The position numbers and the translations under genes were made by a program. From the IMG/VR virus record IMGVR_UViG_3300020045_006615, positions 1 through 34,398 of that record: a stretch of 34,398 bases of DNA. One strand, 5' to 3'. How positions within the stretch are numbered: position 1 is the first letter of the stretch; each line of letters starts with the position of its first letter. This document shows, in pieces, positions 1 through 7,546 of this stretch. Below the pieces are notes generated by a model. That model saw nothing but the letters and a program-made list of their open reading frames with translations. It made no database searches and was not told the DNA's origin. The DNA is from a virus. Taxonomy: Duplodnaviria > Caudoviricetes.

Positions 1-19
1 TAGAGGGTGATGGTCTGTT

Positions 20-367
20 TCATTCCATCGGCTCCACAGTTACCTTGACCATCCCGCCAACGGTTTCAGCCATAGCCAGCGTGAGCGTCCAATGCTTGTC
101 GTCAATTCCCAGCGCGTCGGCGATTCCGTCAAGGCCGCTTTTCAGCGAGGCGAGGCAGTTGTCGAGGTCACGCGCCCTGCGGTCAGGCGGCACGAATGAG
201 ATGGAGATGTGTGCGCGGCGGGCTTCCTGGCGCTTGACGCCCGCAATCCGTGCCTGCATGAAGCACTCGGTGCGGTAGGCTTTCTTGGCCGCTGCCAGCT
301 TGGCCCAATGGATTCGGCTGTTGGGCGACAGGTTTTTCGGCGGCCATGGGAGCGTTATCTCGAACAT
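20..367 (-). CDS. rusA: RusA-like Holliday junction resolvase/endodeoxyribonuclease
   Basis: MFEITLPWPP..LSPN start and PPDRRARDLDN...DGIADALGIDD acidic motif typical of phage RusA-like proteins; GGAGG RBS upstream of ATG 367; lies downstream of the replication genes. Confidence 0.8.
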   Translation of the reverse strand: MFEITLPWPPKNLSPNSRIHWAKLAAAKKAYRTECFMQARIAGVKRQEARRAHISISFVPPDRRARDLDNCLASLKSGLDGIADALGIDDKHWTLTLAMAETVGGMVKVTVEPME

Positions 368-533
368 CAGACGCCCTCCGTTCCGCACACGCAGCAATCA
401 CCCGCGCCTTGATTCCCGGCTGCGACTGCTCCAGCTTGTCCAGCTCGGCTGCGATGTACGGCCACCAGCCTGCCTGTAGTGCTGTGTCGCCGTTTTGCCA
501 TGCGAGGCGGGTGTAGAAGTCTTGCCATGTCAC
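183..533 (-). CDS. hypothetical protein
   Basis: ATGA-coupled to the helicase stop; the 3' 185 nt overlap rusA, so the C-terminal part may be non-functional read-through. Confidence 0.5.
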   Translation of the reverse strand: MTWQDFYTRLAWQNGDTALQAGWWPYIAAELDKLEQSQPGIKARVIAACAERRASDVRDNAPMAAEKPVAQQPNPLGQAGSGQESLPHRVLHAGTDCGRQAPGSPPRTHLHLIRAA

Positions 534-1495
534 AAGTCCTCCGGGTGGTTGTAGAGGCTCAATGGCTGCTCACCGGCCACACCCAAGAATTGCTGGCTGT
601 TCTTGTCAAAGTACAGGCCGATGTTTCCTTCCCATTCGCCGTTGCGCTGCTTGTCGCAAATCAAAAGGGAATCCGGCTCTGTCTCCGAAACCATCTTCCC
701 GGCCTCTGCTTCGCGCTCCTTGCGCTTGTTGCGCCACACGCTGATGACGTTGTCCACTTGGTCAGTGATTGAACCGCTGCCCTTGTAGTCGTACTTGTTG
801 GGCTTGTGGCTTTCGTCGGCTGGCTTTTTGATGTGGTGAACCAGATGGATGTGAATCTGATGGTCGCGGGCGATGGCGGTCAGTTCGTCAACGAACATCT
901 TTTGCCCGTTGTAGTCATCTTCTGAGGCCACGCACTTCATCAGCGAGTCGATAAAGATGTGTTTGATGCCCAGCTCCATCGCGCAGTACCGGGCAACAGC
1001 ACACACCTGGCTGGCCGTCACGGTGCCCTGTTGGTCGTAGAGCCACAACTTGCCGTCTGTCCAGTCTTTGAACTGGCCGTACAGGTCAAGAAACTGCGCC
1101 ATGGCGCGTTGGTCGCCACGGAATGCCGGGTCGTTTGCGTTGAAGCAAGACCACTGGCGGGCCATGCGTTCCAGCGTCTTGGCGGGCTTCATCTCGAAGC
1201 TGGCGATGCACACCGGCTCACCTTGGGCGCAGAGGGACATGGCGACTTGGCCGGTCACAAGGCTTTTGCCGTTGCCGTTGGCACCACCCCAGCAAGTGAC
1301 CTCGCCTGGCCGGAATTGCAGCAGGCCGTGGGTCTTGCGCCAAGGCATCACGGCGCGGGGTTCCTGCACCGGGTTGGTCAGCCGGTCAATCAGTTCCTGC
1401 ACCCACAGGGCGGCGGGCTTGACCTTCTGCTTTGCGTCGGTTTCGCGTTCGTACAGTGAAAAATCAATGTCGTCAGCAGTGATGATCTGGCTCAT
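530..1495 (-). CDS. DnaB-like (SF4) replicative helicase
   Basis: Walker A GGANGNGKS, IFIDSL Walker B, IHLVHH, KGSGSITDQVDNVI and CDKQRNG motifs; no primase domain. Confidence 0.9.
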   Translation of the reverse strand: MSQIITADDIDFSLYERETDAKQKVKPAALWVQELIDRLTNPVQEPRAVMPWRKTHGLLQFRPGEVTCWGGANGNGKSLVTGQVAMSLCAQGEPVCIASFEMKPAKTLERMARQWSCFNANDPAFRGDQRAMAQFLDLYGQFKDWTDGKLWLYDQQGTVTASQVCAVARYCAMELGIKHIFIDSLMKCVASEDDYNGQKMFVDELTAIARDHQIHIHLVHHIKKPADESHKPNKYDYKGSGSITDQVDNVISVWRNKRKEREAEAGKMVSETEPDSLLICDKQRNGEWEGNIGLYFDKNSQQFLGVAGEQPLSLYNHPEDL

Positions 1496-1872
1496 TGCTC
1501 AATCCTTTTTTTTGTATCGCCGTAGTAAAACCAGAGGTGTTCTTCCAAAGGCATGTATGGATTCGGGCCGATGCTCACGCGGGTTGCCACCAGCCTTGCT
1601 TTTTCAGCGATAAGCACCTCATGCAGTCGTCGGCCTCGGTCAGTGCTTCGCCAGGCATCCAAATGAACCTGCATCCCCACAGCCCAGCGAAAATCAAGCG
1701 CCTCGGGCGTGTCGCTGGCTGAGATGCGAACTTCGGCAAACAGCGGGCCGGTGCGGGAATAGCGCGGCTGGTGCCAGTCGTTCAAGCCATGACAGTCGCC
1801 GTCGATCACAAACACGGCGTCGGGCTTGTAGCCCTGCCTGCGGAGGTCGATCAGGGGTTGGTGGCCGTTCAT
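1492..1872 (-). CDS. hypothetical protein in replication module
   Basis: 126 aa ORF with ATGA overlaps to both neighbours. Confidence 0.7.
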   Translation of the reverse strand: MNGHQPLIDLRRQGYKPDAVFVIDGDCHGLNDWHQPRYSRTGPLFAEVRISASDTPEALDFRWAVGMQVHLDAWRSTDRGRRLHEVLIAEKARLVATRVSIGPNPYMPLEEHLWFYYGDTKKRIEQ

Positions 1873-2597
1873 ACAACCACCCCGTGGTCAGTGCTTTGGT
1901 TGTTGCGAACCCGCCCGCCCTTGTCCTGCTCTTTGCCCAGCCAGCGCACCACGAAGGCATTGACGCCGCGCACGGTCTTCCGGTTGGTCGGGTTGGCCTG
2001 GCTCCATGTCCGCATCTCGCGAAGCTCCTGCAACACATCGACAGCCGGGTAGCAGGTCGCCCATTCCTCAATCTGTTTGGCAGTGATCGGGTACTCAGTT
2101 CCGTCAACCAGCGGAATACTGACCACAGCCGGGTCTGTCGGAATCGTGGGGCGTGGTGGGGCTGGCGGTGAGTCGCTCGGCGGCTCGGCGCTACCTTCCT
2201 CTCCATTCCCTTCCCTTCCCTTCCAGCAAGAATCCTCGCGAGGATTCGCGACTGTTCGCGACTTGCCTGTAAATTCAGGCAGTTTTGACGGTGTTGGCTT
2301 GTCGATCTTCTGGTGATCTGCCCATGCCGTGATCTGAACGTAGCTGGTGCCCTGAACCTCGTAGCGGGCGATACAGCCCTCGCTGGAAAGTTCAGCCAAC
2401 CAACCATCAATCAGGTCTTTGGCGTCATCGTCATAGGGGTAAAGAAGACTCGCGAGCATTCGCGAATTGCCGCGAAGCCTCCCGGAATCGTCGGCCAATG
2501 TCCACAGCAGTACAAAGCACAGCCGTGCTTCGCGCCCTACCCGGCCCATTGATTCCGACTGTGGGAATTCCGGCTTGATCGTGCGAATCCGCGCCAT
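1869..2597 (-). CDS. phage replication initiator (O-like/replisome organizer)
   Basis: MARIRTIKPEF...LWTLADDSGR N-terminus typical of phage initiators; low-complexity linker; upstream of the helicase; contains iteron-like repeats. Confidence 0.8.
   Translation of the reverse strand: MARIRTIKPEFPQSESMGRVGREARLCFVLLWTLADDSGRLRGNSRMLASLLYPYDDDAKDLIDGWLAELSSEGCIARYEVQGTSYVQITAWADHQKIDKPTPSKLPEFTGKSRTVANPREDSCWKGREGNGEEGSAEPPSDSPPAPPRPTIPTDPAVVSIPLVDGTEYPITAKQIEEWATCYPAVDVLQELREMRTWSQANPTNRKTVRGVNAFVVRWLGKEQDKGGRVRNNQSTDHGVVV
2191..2475. repeat. putative replication origin: TCGCGA iterons at 10-bp phasing plus a TTCCC tract
   Basis: TCGCGA at 2236, 2246, 2256 and 2450, 2460 (CCGCGA at 2470); pyrimidine tract at about 2191-2224; inside the initiator gene, like lambda ori inside O. 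Confidence 0.6.
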
Positions 2598-2776
2598 TAC
2601 GAAAGCGCCTCCACCTCTTTAGCCGCGTTCCTGGCGGCGATGGCCGCGTACATCACACGCTGCCAATGCTCTGCGTCATTGCGTTGGCCCAGCGCGTATG
2701 CCAGTTCCATGCGCTTGCCGTACAGCTTGATTTCAAGCTCTCGGACTTCTTCGACAAGGGTTTCGGCTGGTGTCAT
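2597..2776 (-). CDS. hypothetical protein
   Basis: 59 aa from MTPAETL; ATGA/TAATG coupling to both neighbours. Confidence 0.65.
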   Translation of the reverse strand: MTPAETLVEEVRELEIKLYGKRMELAYALGQRNDAEHWQRVMYAAIAARNAAKEVEALS

Positions 2777-3063
2777 ACCGCCTCCCACACATAGCGGCCA
2801 TCGCGCTTAACTGCTGTCTTGGTCAACCCGCATTCGCTGATGCGGCGCTGAACCTCGATGTAGTCAATGTCGGTCAGGGTGGCGACTTCCATCGCTGTCT
2901 TGCCACCGTGCTTGGCGATGCAGGCGTAGATGGAGCGGCGTTCTTCTGCGGCTTTGCGGGATGCGGCGGCGTGTGCAGCTTCATGCGATGTTTCGCCGTC
3001 AGACAGCCGTGCGCGTGTGCGGACGAAGCCGGGGCGCTCGATCAGGGTGATAGGCAGGTTCAT
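2773..3063 (-). CDS. small winged-helix-like DNA-binding protein
   Basis: AR.SD.ETSHEAA N-terminal motif followed by HTH-like TAMEVATLTDIDYIEVQRRISE; translationally coupled. Confidence 0.6.
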   Translation of the reverse strand: MNLPITLIERPGFVRTRARLSDGETSHEAAHAAASRKAAEERRSIYACIAKHGGKTAMEVATLTDIDYIEVQRRISECGLTKTAVKRDGRYVWEAV

Positions 3064-3434
3064 GCTGCAACCCTCAAATGCGGCTGTAACACCGTCAGGC
3101 GGGCGAACTGTGTCGCCAATGCCTGTTGCGTTTCCAGCACCTGGCGCATGAGGTCGGCGGCTTCGTCGCGTGGCTCAATCGGCGTTGTCGGGCCGTAGCC
3201 AAGGCTTGCCAGCACAAAGCCGATGCCATCGTGATAACCCTTGTCGCGTGCCAGCTTGAACACCAGCATGGTTTGCTCTGGCGTCAGGTGGGCGGGCCGG
3301 TCATCATTTAGGCAGTCCAGAAGCTGGCGCTGTGCGCTGTCTGGAGCCTTCTCAGGCCACAGCAGCGGGCCAACTTGTTTGGAGCCGCCAAGCGCCTTCA
3401 CGCAGGCAATCAGCGCGTCATTCACTGTTTCCAT
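3060..3434 (-). CDS. cII: CII-like phage regulatory protein
   Basis: Position between cro and the replication genes; GGSKQVGPLLWP...LLDCLNDDRPAHLT pattern resembling phage CII-family regulators; C-terminal coiled coil. Confidence 0.55.
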   Translation of the reverse strand: METVNDALIACVKALGGSKQVGPLLWPEKAPDSAQRQLLDCLNDDRPAHLTPEQTMLVFKLARDKGYHDGIGFVLASLGYGPTTPIEPRDEAADLMRQVLETQQALATQFARLTVLQPHLRVAA

Positions 3435-3443
3435 TTGCACCCC

Positions 3444-3515
3444 TTACGAACCGCTGCGAACTTTTCGGAAGCGTTCGCAATGCTTTTTTTGGACAAAAAA
3501 ACGACCATTGAGGAA
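3444..3515 (+). promoter_or_regulatory. putative CII-activated PRE-like promoter
   Basis: Four 10-bp-phased repeats (TACGAAC, TGCGAAC, TCGGAAG, TCGCAAT; 3445-3481) just upstream of cII, then weak -35 ATGCTT (3480-3485), 17 bp, and -10-like GACCAT (3503-3508) pointing toward cI. Confidence 0.45.
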
Positions 3516-3644
3516 TGGCAAACACGCAACTCCCGACGAACGAAACCGCCACCGGCTGGCAGACCCTGCACAGCGCGGCGCTGCGAGGCGTGGCGCTGAT
3601 GGGTGGGCCGATTTACGATGCCGACTCCACAAACGGGAGCGGGC

Positions 3645-3851
3645 ATGGGCTGGAAGTCTTGGAAGGCAAAGCACTGGGAAGAACGCACGGAAGGCGCGTT
3701 CATAGAACCGGGCTGGATTTCTGTCGGGGAAACGACAGCGCCACCATTACGGAAGGCTGCGCGGTGGATTGCAGCCAACGGATGGCGCATTGCGGCGCTG
3801 GTGGTGGGCGCGGTTGCAGCAGCGGCGGCGATCATGGACGCACTCCGCTGA
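3645..3851 (+). CDS. small membrane protein, antisense to the PR operon
   Basis: GGGAG RBS, 68 aa, C-terminal hydrophobic helix WRIAALVVGAVAAAAAIM. Confidence 0.5.
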   Translation: MGWKSWKAKHWEERTEGAFIEPGWISVGETTAPPLRKAARWIAANGWRIAALVVGAVAAAAAIMDALR

Positions 3852-4041
3852 TCTCGAAGCCCTTTTCAAACACGGTGTACTTGACTCCGGAATCAGCCTC
3901 CAAGCGTTCGATGTGTTCGCGCACGATGGCGCGCATCTCTTTGGTCAGCACGTGGTCAACCGTGAGAATCACCGTGTCACCCGGCTGTGCAACATGGGCT
4001 GTGATGTTCACCACCAGCGGACGGGGCTTGAACGGCCACAT
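3832..4041 (-). CDS. hypothetical protein
   Basis: 69 aa from MWPFKPRP, preceded by AAGGCGG; natural-looking alpha/beta composition. Confidence 0.55.
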   Translation of the reverse strand: MWPFKPRPLVVNITAHVAQPGDTVILTVDHVLTKEMRAIVREHIERLEADSGVKYTVFEKGFEISGVRP

Positions 4042-4103
4042 CTCAGGCCACCGCCTTGCGCTTGGTGGGCAAGAACCCATGCGAAGATTGGTTTCTCACA
4101 ACT

Positions 4104-4400
4104 TCACTTCGCATGGGGAGCCTCATGAGTACAGAAAGAATCGGCCTGCAATGCAAGGCGTGCGGCAGCAAGGAATTCGTCATACCCACGGATGCGGACT
4201 TGCAGCCGGAAGACGTTCTCACCTGCAATGGGTGTGGGCAGCAATTCACAGTTGCCGTCGCCAGACAGCAATCCGTGGAAGCGCTCCAAAAGCTCATCAG
4301 CGATGGGTTGCGGAGCGCTATCAAGAAGCGCTGACATTTCGGCAATCAGCGCCTGCACTTCGGTGGTGTCCACAGACAGGGTTACGGTTTGCAGACTCAT
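4104..4400 (-). CDS. hypothetical protein downstream of cro
   Basis: ATG overlaps the cro TGA (ATGA 4397-4400), GGGGAGG RBS, 98 aa. Confidence 0.55.
   Translation of the reverse strand: MSLQTVTLSVDTTEVQALIAEMSALLDSAPQPIADELLERFHGLLSGDGNCELLPTPIAGENVFRLQVRIRGYDEFLAAARLALQADSFCTHEAPHAK
4125..4334 (+). CDS. small zinc-ribbon protein (ECs_2282-like)
   Basis: GGGGAG RBS; CKAC and CNGC pairs followed by an amphipathic helix; 69 aa. Confidence 0.65.
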   Translation: MSTERIGLQCKACGSKEFVIPTDADLQPEDVLTCNGCGQQFTVAVARQQSVEALQKLISDGLRSAIKKR

Positions 4401-4636
4401 ACGCCCTCCCCTACAGGCTTGCGCTTGGGTTGCTTGGGCAAAGCGCCGTAAACGTCCTCGTAGGTCAGAGTGACGCCAAGGCTTCCAGCGAAGGCAATAA
4501 GACGTTTTGCAGCATCGGGCGGGACGGTCTGCCCGCGCTCGTAATGAACCACGTTGCCTTGGGTACAACCGATTCCGTCAGCCAGCGCGGCCTGGGTGAT
4601 TCCGAGCCGCTCTCGGATGGCTTTTATGGTGCTCAT
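4397..4636 (-). CDS. cro: Cro-like HTH repressor
   Basis: XRE HTH IRERLGITQAALADGIGCTQGNVVHYERG; divergent from cI. Confidence 0.88.
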   Translation of the reverse strand: MSTIKAIRERLGITQAALADGIGCTQGNVVHYERGQTVPPDAAKRLIAFAGSLGVTLTYEDVYGALPKQPKRKPVGEGV

Positions 4637-4643
4637 GCGCCAT

Positions 4644-4709
4644 ATATTAGCGGCGCTTGTAGCATCTGTCAACAGCGGCGCTTGTTGTTTTTATATGAGC
4701 GCGGGTAAT
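4644..4709. promoter_or_regulatory. right operator OR1-OR3 and PR promoter
   Basis: 15-bp sites with AGCG-N-CGCT core at 4646-4660 and 4671-4685, degenerate site at 4695-4709; minus-strand TTGACA (4672-4667)-N17-TAATAT (4649-4644). Confidence 0.85.
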
Positions 4710-5421
4710 GATTTACCCTATGTCTGAAAAACACCGCAAAGCCAAGGTCACAGAAGAAAACGTCAAGGAGTCAGCGCGGCTGAAAAGCATTTGGGACGCC
4801 GCAACAGGCAGACCCAGCCAAGAAGTGTTTGCGGCCAAGTACGAGATTGGCACTCAGTCGGCGCTTACCCAGTTCTTGAACGGGCACACGCCACTTAGCC
4901 TGAAGGCCGCCATGGGTTTCGCAAAGGGTCTTGGCTGCGATATTTCGGACTTCAGCCCACGCTTGGCAACACAAGCCGGGAAAATTGCTGAGAACGTGCA
5001 GTTTGATGATGACTACGTTGATGTGAAGCAGATCAACGTATCCGTTGCCGCTGGCAATGGCGCTACTGGCGAAGTCGAAGAGGTGATTGGAAGTCTCAAG
5101 TTCAAGGCGGCTTTTCTGCGCTCATGCGGCATCAACGCCAAACAGGCTCGAATCGTTGATGTGGTCGGTCATAGTATGTACCCGACCATTCGGGATGGCG
5201 CTGTGCTGTTGATCGACCTAAAGGACAGAGAACTACTTGACGGTCACATTTACGCTATGAGTCGCTCTGTAGATGGCCTGATCGTGAAACGAGCCAAGAA
5301 GTCGGGCGACCTTTGGTTTGCCACCTCTGACAATAGAGATCACAACGACATACCCATGAACGACGAATCCGACCAGGTTGATATCATCGGCAGAGCGAAA
5401 TGGATGGGAGCAAAGCTATGA
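4708..5421 (+). CDS. cI: CI-like repressor (HTH + S24 peptidase)
   Basis: HTH SQEVFAAKYEIGTQSALTQFLNG, Ala-Gly cleavage site VAAG, catalytic Ser GHSMYP and Lys IVKR; alternative start at 4720. Confidence 0.92.
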   Translation: MIYPMSEKHRKAKVTEENVKESARLKSIWDAATGRPSQEVFAAKYEIGTQSALTQFLNGHTPLSLKAAMGFAKGLGCDISDFSPRLATQAGKIAENVQFDDDYVDVKQINVSVAAGNGATGEVEEVIGSLKFKAAFLRSCGINAKQARIVDVVGHSMYPTIRDGAVLLIDLKDRELLDGHIYAMSRSVDGLIVKRAKKSGDLWFATSDNRDHNDIPMNDESDQVDIIGRAKWMGAKL

Positions 5422-5948
5422 AGGTGTTTTTGGGGCTTGCCTTAGCGTTCTTGGCCCTGCCATCATTGGCAGCGCCGCTAGAGATCAAAGGTTTTCAAGT
5501 TGATGCGCCCGTAGACTGTGCAAAGATCAACGAGGTAGGGGCCGAGGTTGGGCCTAGCCCGAAGCCGCTTTCTTGCGAGTCGGGCAAACCCTTCTGGTCT
5601 ATTTCAGGGCCATTTTTAGACGGCCACTCGGTGATTACATTCGTACAGTCGCAAGACCGTGTTTTGCTATCAGTGGGTGTGAGCAGAATAAAGTTTGACG
5701 ATACTTTGAACGCGCTCACGGTCAAATACGGGCCGCCTACAGTCAAGAACTCGGTCATCCAAAACCGCATGGGTGCCAGCTTTGACCAAGTTGAGGCGAC
5801 CTGGAGGGATGGAGCATCACTGCTCACTTTGTTGAAGCACGGATCAACGATAGACAACCCGGTTTTGAGATTGACTGGCGCAGAACTAGTCAAGGACGTA
5901 GCAAAACGGAACCAAGAAAAGGCGCAGAAGGGCGCTGGCAACCTCTAG
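5418..5948 (+). CDS. secreted/periplasmic protein
   Basis: ATGA-coupled to cI; signal peptide MKVFLGLALAFLALPSLA. Confidence 0.75.
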   Translation: MKVFLGLALAFLALPSLAAPLEIKGFQVDAPVDCAKINEVGAEVGPSPKPLSCESGKPFWSISGPFLDGHSVITFVQSQDRVLLSVGVSRIKFDDTLNALTVKYGPPTVKNSVIQNRMGASFDQVEATWRDGASLLTLLKHGSTIDNPVLRLTGAELVKDVAKRNQEKAQKGAGNL

Positions 5949-5976
5949 CATCGACGGTCAGCACTTGGGATTGAAC

Positions 5977-6630
5977 ATGGCAATGACTGAACTTCGCTGG
6001 ATAGCTGGCAAGCCTTCCTCCTTTGCGTTGTTGTTATGCGCGGGCATGGTGGCTCAGGCGCAGGACAAAGCTATGACGGTTTTAGAGGCGTCAAAAACTT
6101 GCGTTGTGGTGATCGAAAGATTGGCTGGTTCCGTTGATCTGGCAATTGAGGCTACGGAACACTCAAACGCGCAGGAGATAACCATCACGTGGCCGCTGGA
6201 GGTTGACAAGAATCCAACCTACTGCGTTGTTGATAGGCAGACCAAGAAAATCGTAGCAGTGACACGGGGAACTGTGACCATCTCAGGTGCAGAGTTGTCT
6301 CGCATGGTTGATCGAACCAAGACGCTTAAGCAGGTTGCCAGCGGGGACACTGGAGACTTTGTTTCAAAGGCCAAGGCCACCTTAACCAATCGCTTCAAAG
6401 ACCCGGATTCTGCAAAATTCAGAAACTTGTTCATCAGCGACAAGGGCGTGACTACCCTTTGCGGCGAAGTTAACGCCAAGAATTCCTACGGGGCTTATGT
6501 CGGCTTCCGTCGCTTCTATTCAAACGGCAGCACAGAGCTGACGGACGTAGAGAACCCGCGAGACAACTTTGTTTTCAGTGGGATGTGGCCCAGCATGTGT
6601 GGGACTCGGAAGACCGAAGTAGAAAACTGA
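5977..6630 (+). CDS. exported protein with KDPDSAKFRN...CGEVNAKNSYGAYVG domain
   Basis: N-terminal hydrophobic stretch ending AQA; C-terminal motif I recognise from phage immunity-region proteins of unknown function; start uncertain (5965-5983). Confidence 0.7.
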   Translation: MAMTELRWIAGKPSSFALLLCAGMVAQAQDKAMTVLEASKTCVVVIERLAGSVDLAIEATEHSNAQEITITWPLEVDKNPTYCVVDRQTKKIVAVTRGTVTISGAELSRMVDRTKTLKQVASGDTGDFVSKAKATLTNRFKDPDSAKFRNLFISDKGVTTLCGEVNAKNSYGAYVGFRRFYSNGSTELTDVENPRDNFVFSGMWPSMCGTRKTEVEN

Positions 6631-6709
6631 CGCCAACCACGCCGCACTGCGGCATCAAAGGCACTACCGCTTAAACGTCAGGTAGGCCACCACCACAGTA
6701 GCCGCACAC

Positions 6710-7087
6710 ATGACAGCGCTCACGATATCCGATATCTCAGCAATCATCGGCGCGATATTTGCGGGCTCTTCGGCCCTGCTGATGATTCTCATAAAGATCA
6801 ACGACACCGCTGCGCCCCAAATGGCGGAAAAAATAGCGATGCACAGCATGGGCCTAATGCTGACCGTGGTGCCCTTGCTTTCAACGCTGCTGCTGCTCAC
6901 TGGCTGGCCCAAATTTGGGCTTTCGCTTTCTGTCATATCGACCGTCCTTTTCACTGGTTACTACTGCTTTCTCAGGCCACCCGTAAGGCCCGTTGATACT
7001 GTCGTGTTGGTTTTGCAATACATCGGCACAAGCTGGGTGGCCGCTGCTGTTCTAGCAATGCAGTTCACCCAGGCGCTCAAACCGTAA
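6710..7087 (+). CDS. multi-pass inner membrane protein
   Basis: 125 aa with about four hydrophobic segments; followed by a terminator. Confidence 0.65.
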   Translation: MTALTISDISAIIGAIFAGSSALLMILIKINDTAAPQMAEKIAMHSMGLMLTVVPLLSTLLLLTGWPKFGLSLSVISTVLFTGYYCFLRPPVRPVDTVVLVLQYIGTSWVAAAVLAMQFTQALKP

Positions 7088-7109
7088 GCCGCCACTCCCA
7101 CCCCACCCG

Positions 7110-7133
7110 ACCGCCCGCCGAGGCGGTTTTTTT
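7110..7133 (+). terminator. intrinsic terminator ending the cI operon
   Basis: ACCGCC-loop-GGCGGT followed by a T run. Confidence 0.8.
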
Positions 7134-7173
7134 ACGCCTGAGGGTTTTTACTTATACTTTTTTTCGCTTATTT

Positions 7174-7215
7174 ATAAGCGGCGCTATTGACACCATGTAC
7201 AAGCGGCGCTAATAT
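7174..7215 (+). promoter_or_regulatory. left operator (two sites) and PL promoter
   Basis: AGCGGCGCT-core sites at 7174-7188 and 7199-7213; TTGACA (7187-7192)-N17-TAATAT (7210-7215), the same hexamers as PR. Confidence 0.88.
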
Positions 7216-7243
7216 TACCACATCAACACCGATGGAGTAGCAA

Positions 7244-7546
7244 GTGCAAACAGCAACCCTCAACGAGTTCACAGCGCAGTACAGCGGCGACATCATCACC
7301 CGCTTCCGCGCAGCCGCAGTCGCTGCCATTCAGGAGAAGCGTGAACGCGATGCAGGCATCCGCGAAGCCCGCGCACTCATTCGCAAAGCTGGCATCCGTC
7401 ACCCGCAGGAACTGATTTCGATGATGCAGTGCTTGCACAGCGCGATTAAGGGCATGGATTGCGGTGTTGATCGCTACGCCGCGAAGTTGCTTGATCTGTG
7501 CTGCGAGATGGACGACGAGTTCAATGCGCCGGGAGAGGAAGCATGA
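7244..7546 (+). CDS. hypothetical protein, first gene of the PL operon
   Basis: GGAG RBS + GTG; helical 100 aa. Confidence 0.7.
   Translation: MQTATLNEFTAQYSGDIITRFRAAAVAAIQEKRERDAGIREARALIRKAGIRHPQELISMMQCLHSAIKGMDCGVDRYAAKLLDLCCEMDDEFNAPGEEA

Noticed and set aside
6664-6954. 96-aa minus ORF opposite the membrane protein gene
   Set aside because: The plus-strand ORF fits the cI operon and terminator better; no independent support
7244-7546. N-like antiterminator as first PL gene
   Set aside because: No clear arginine-rich motif or boxA/boxB nut site identified; position alone is insufficient
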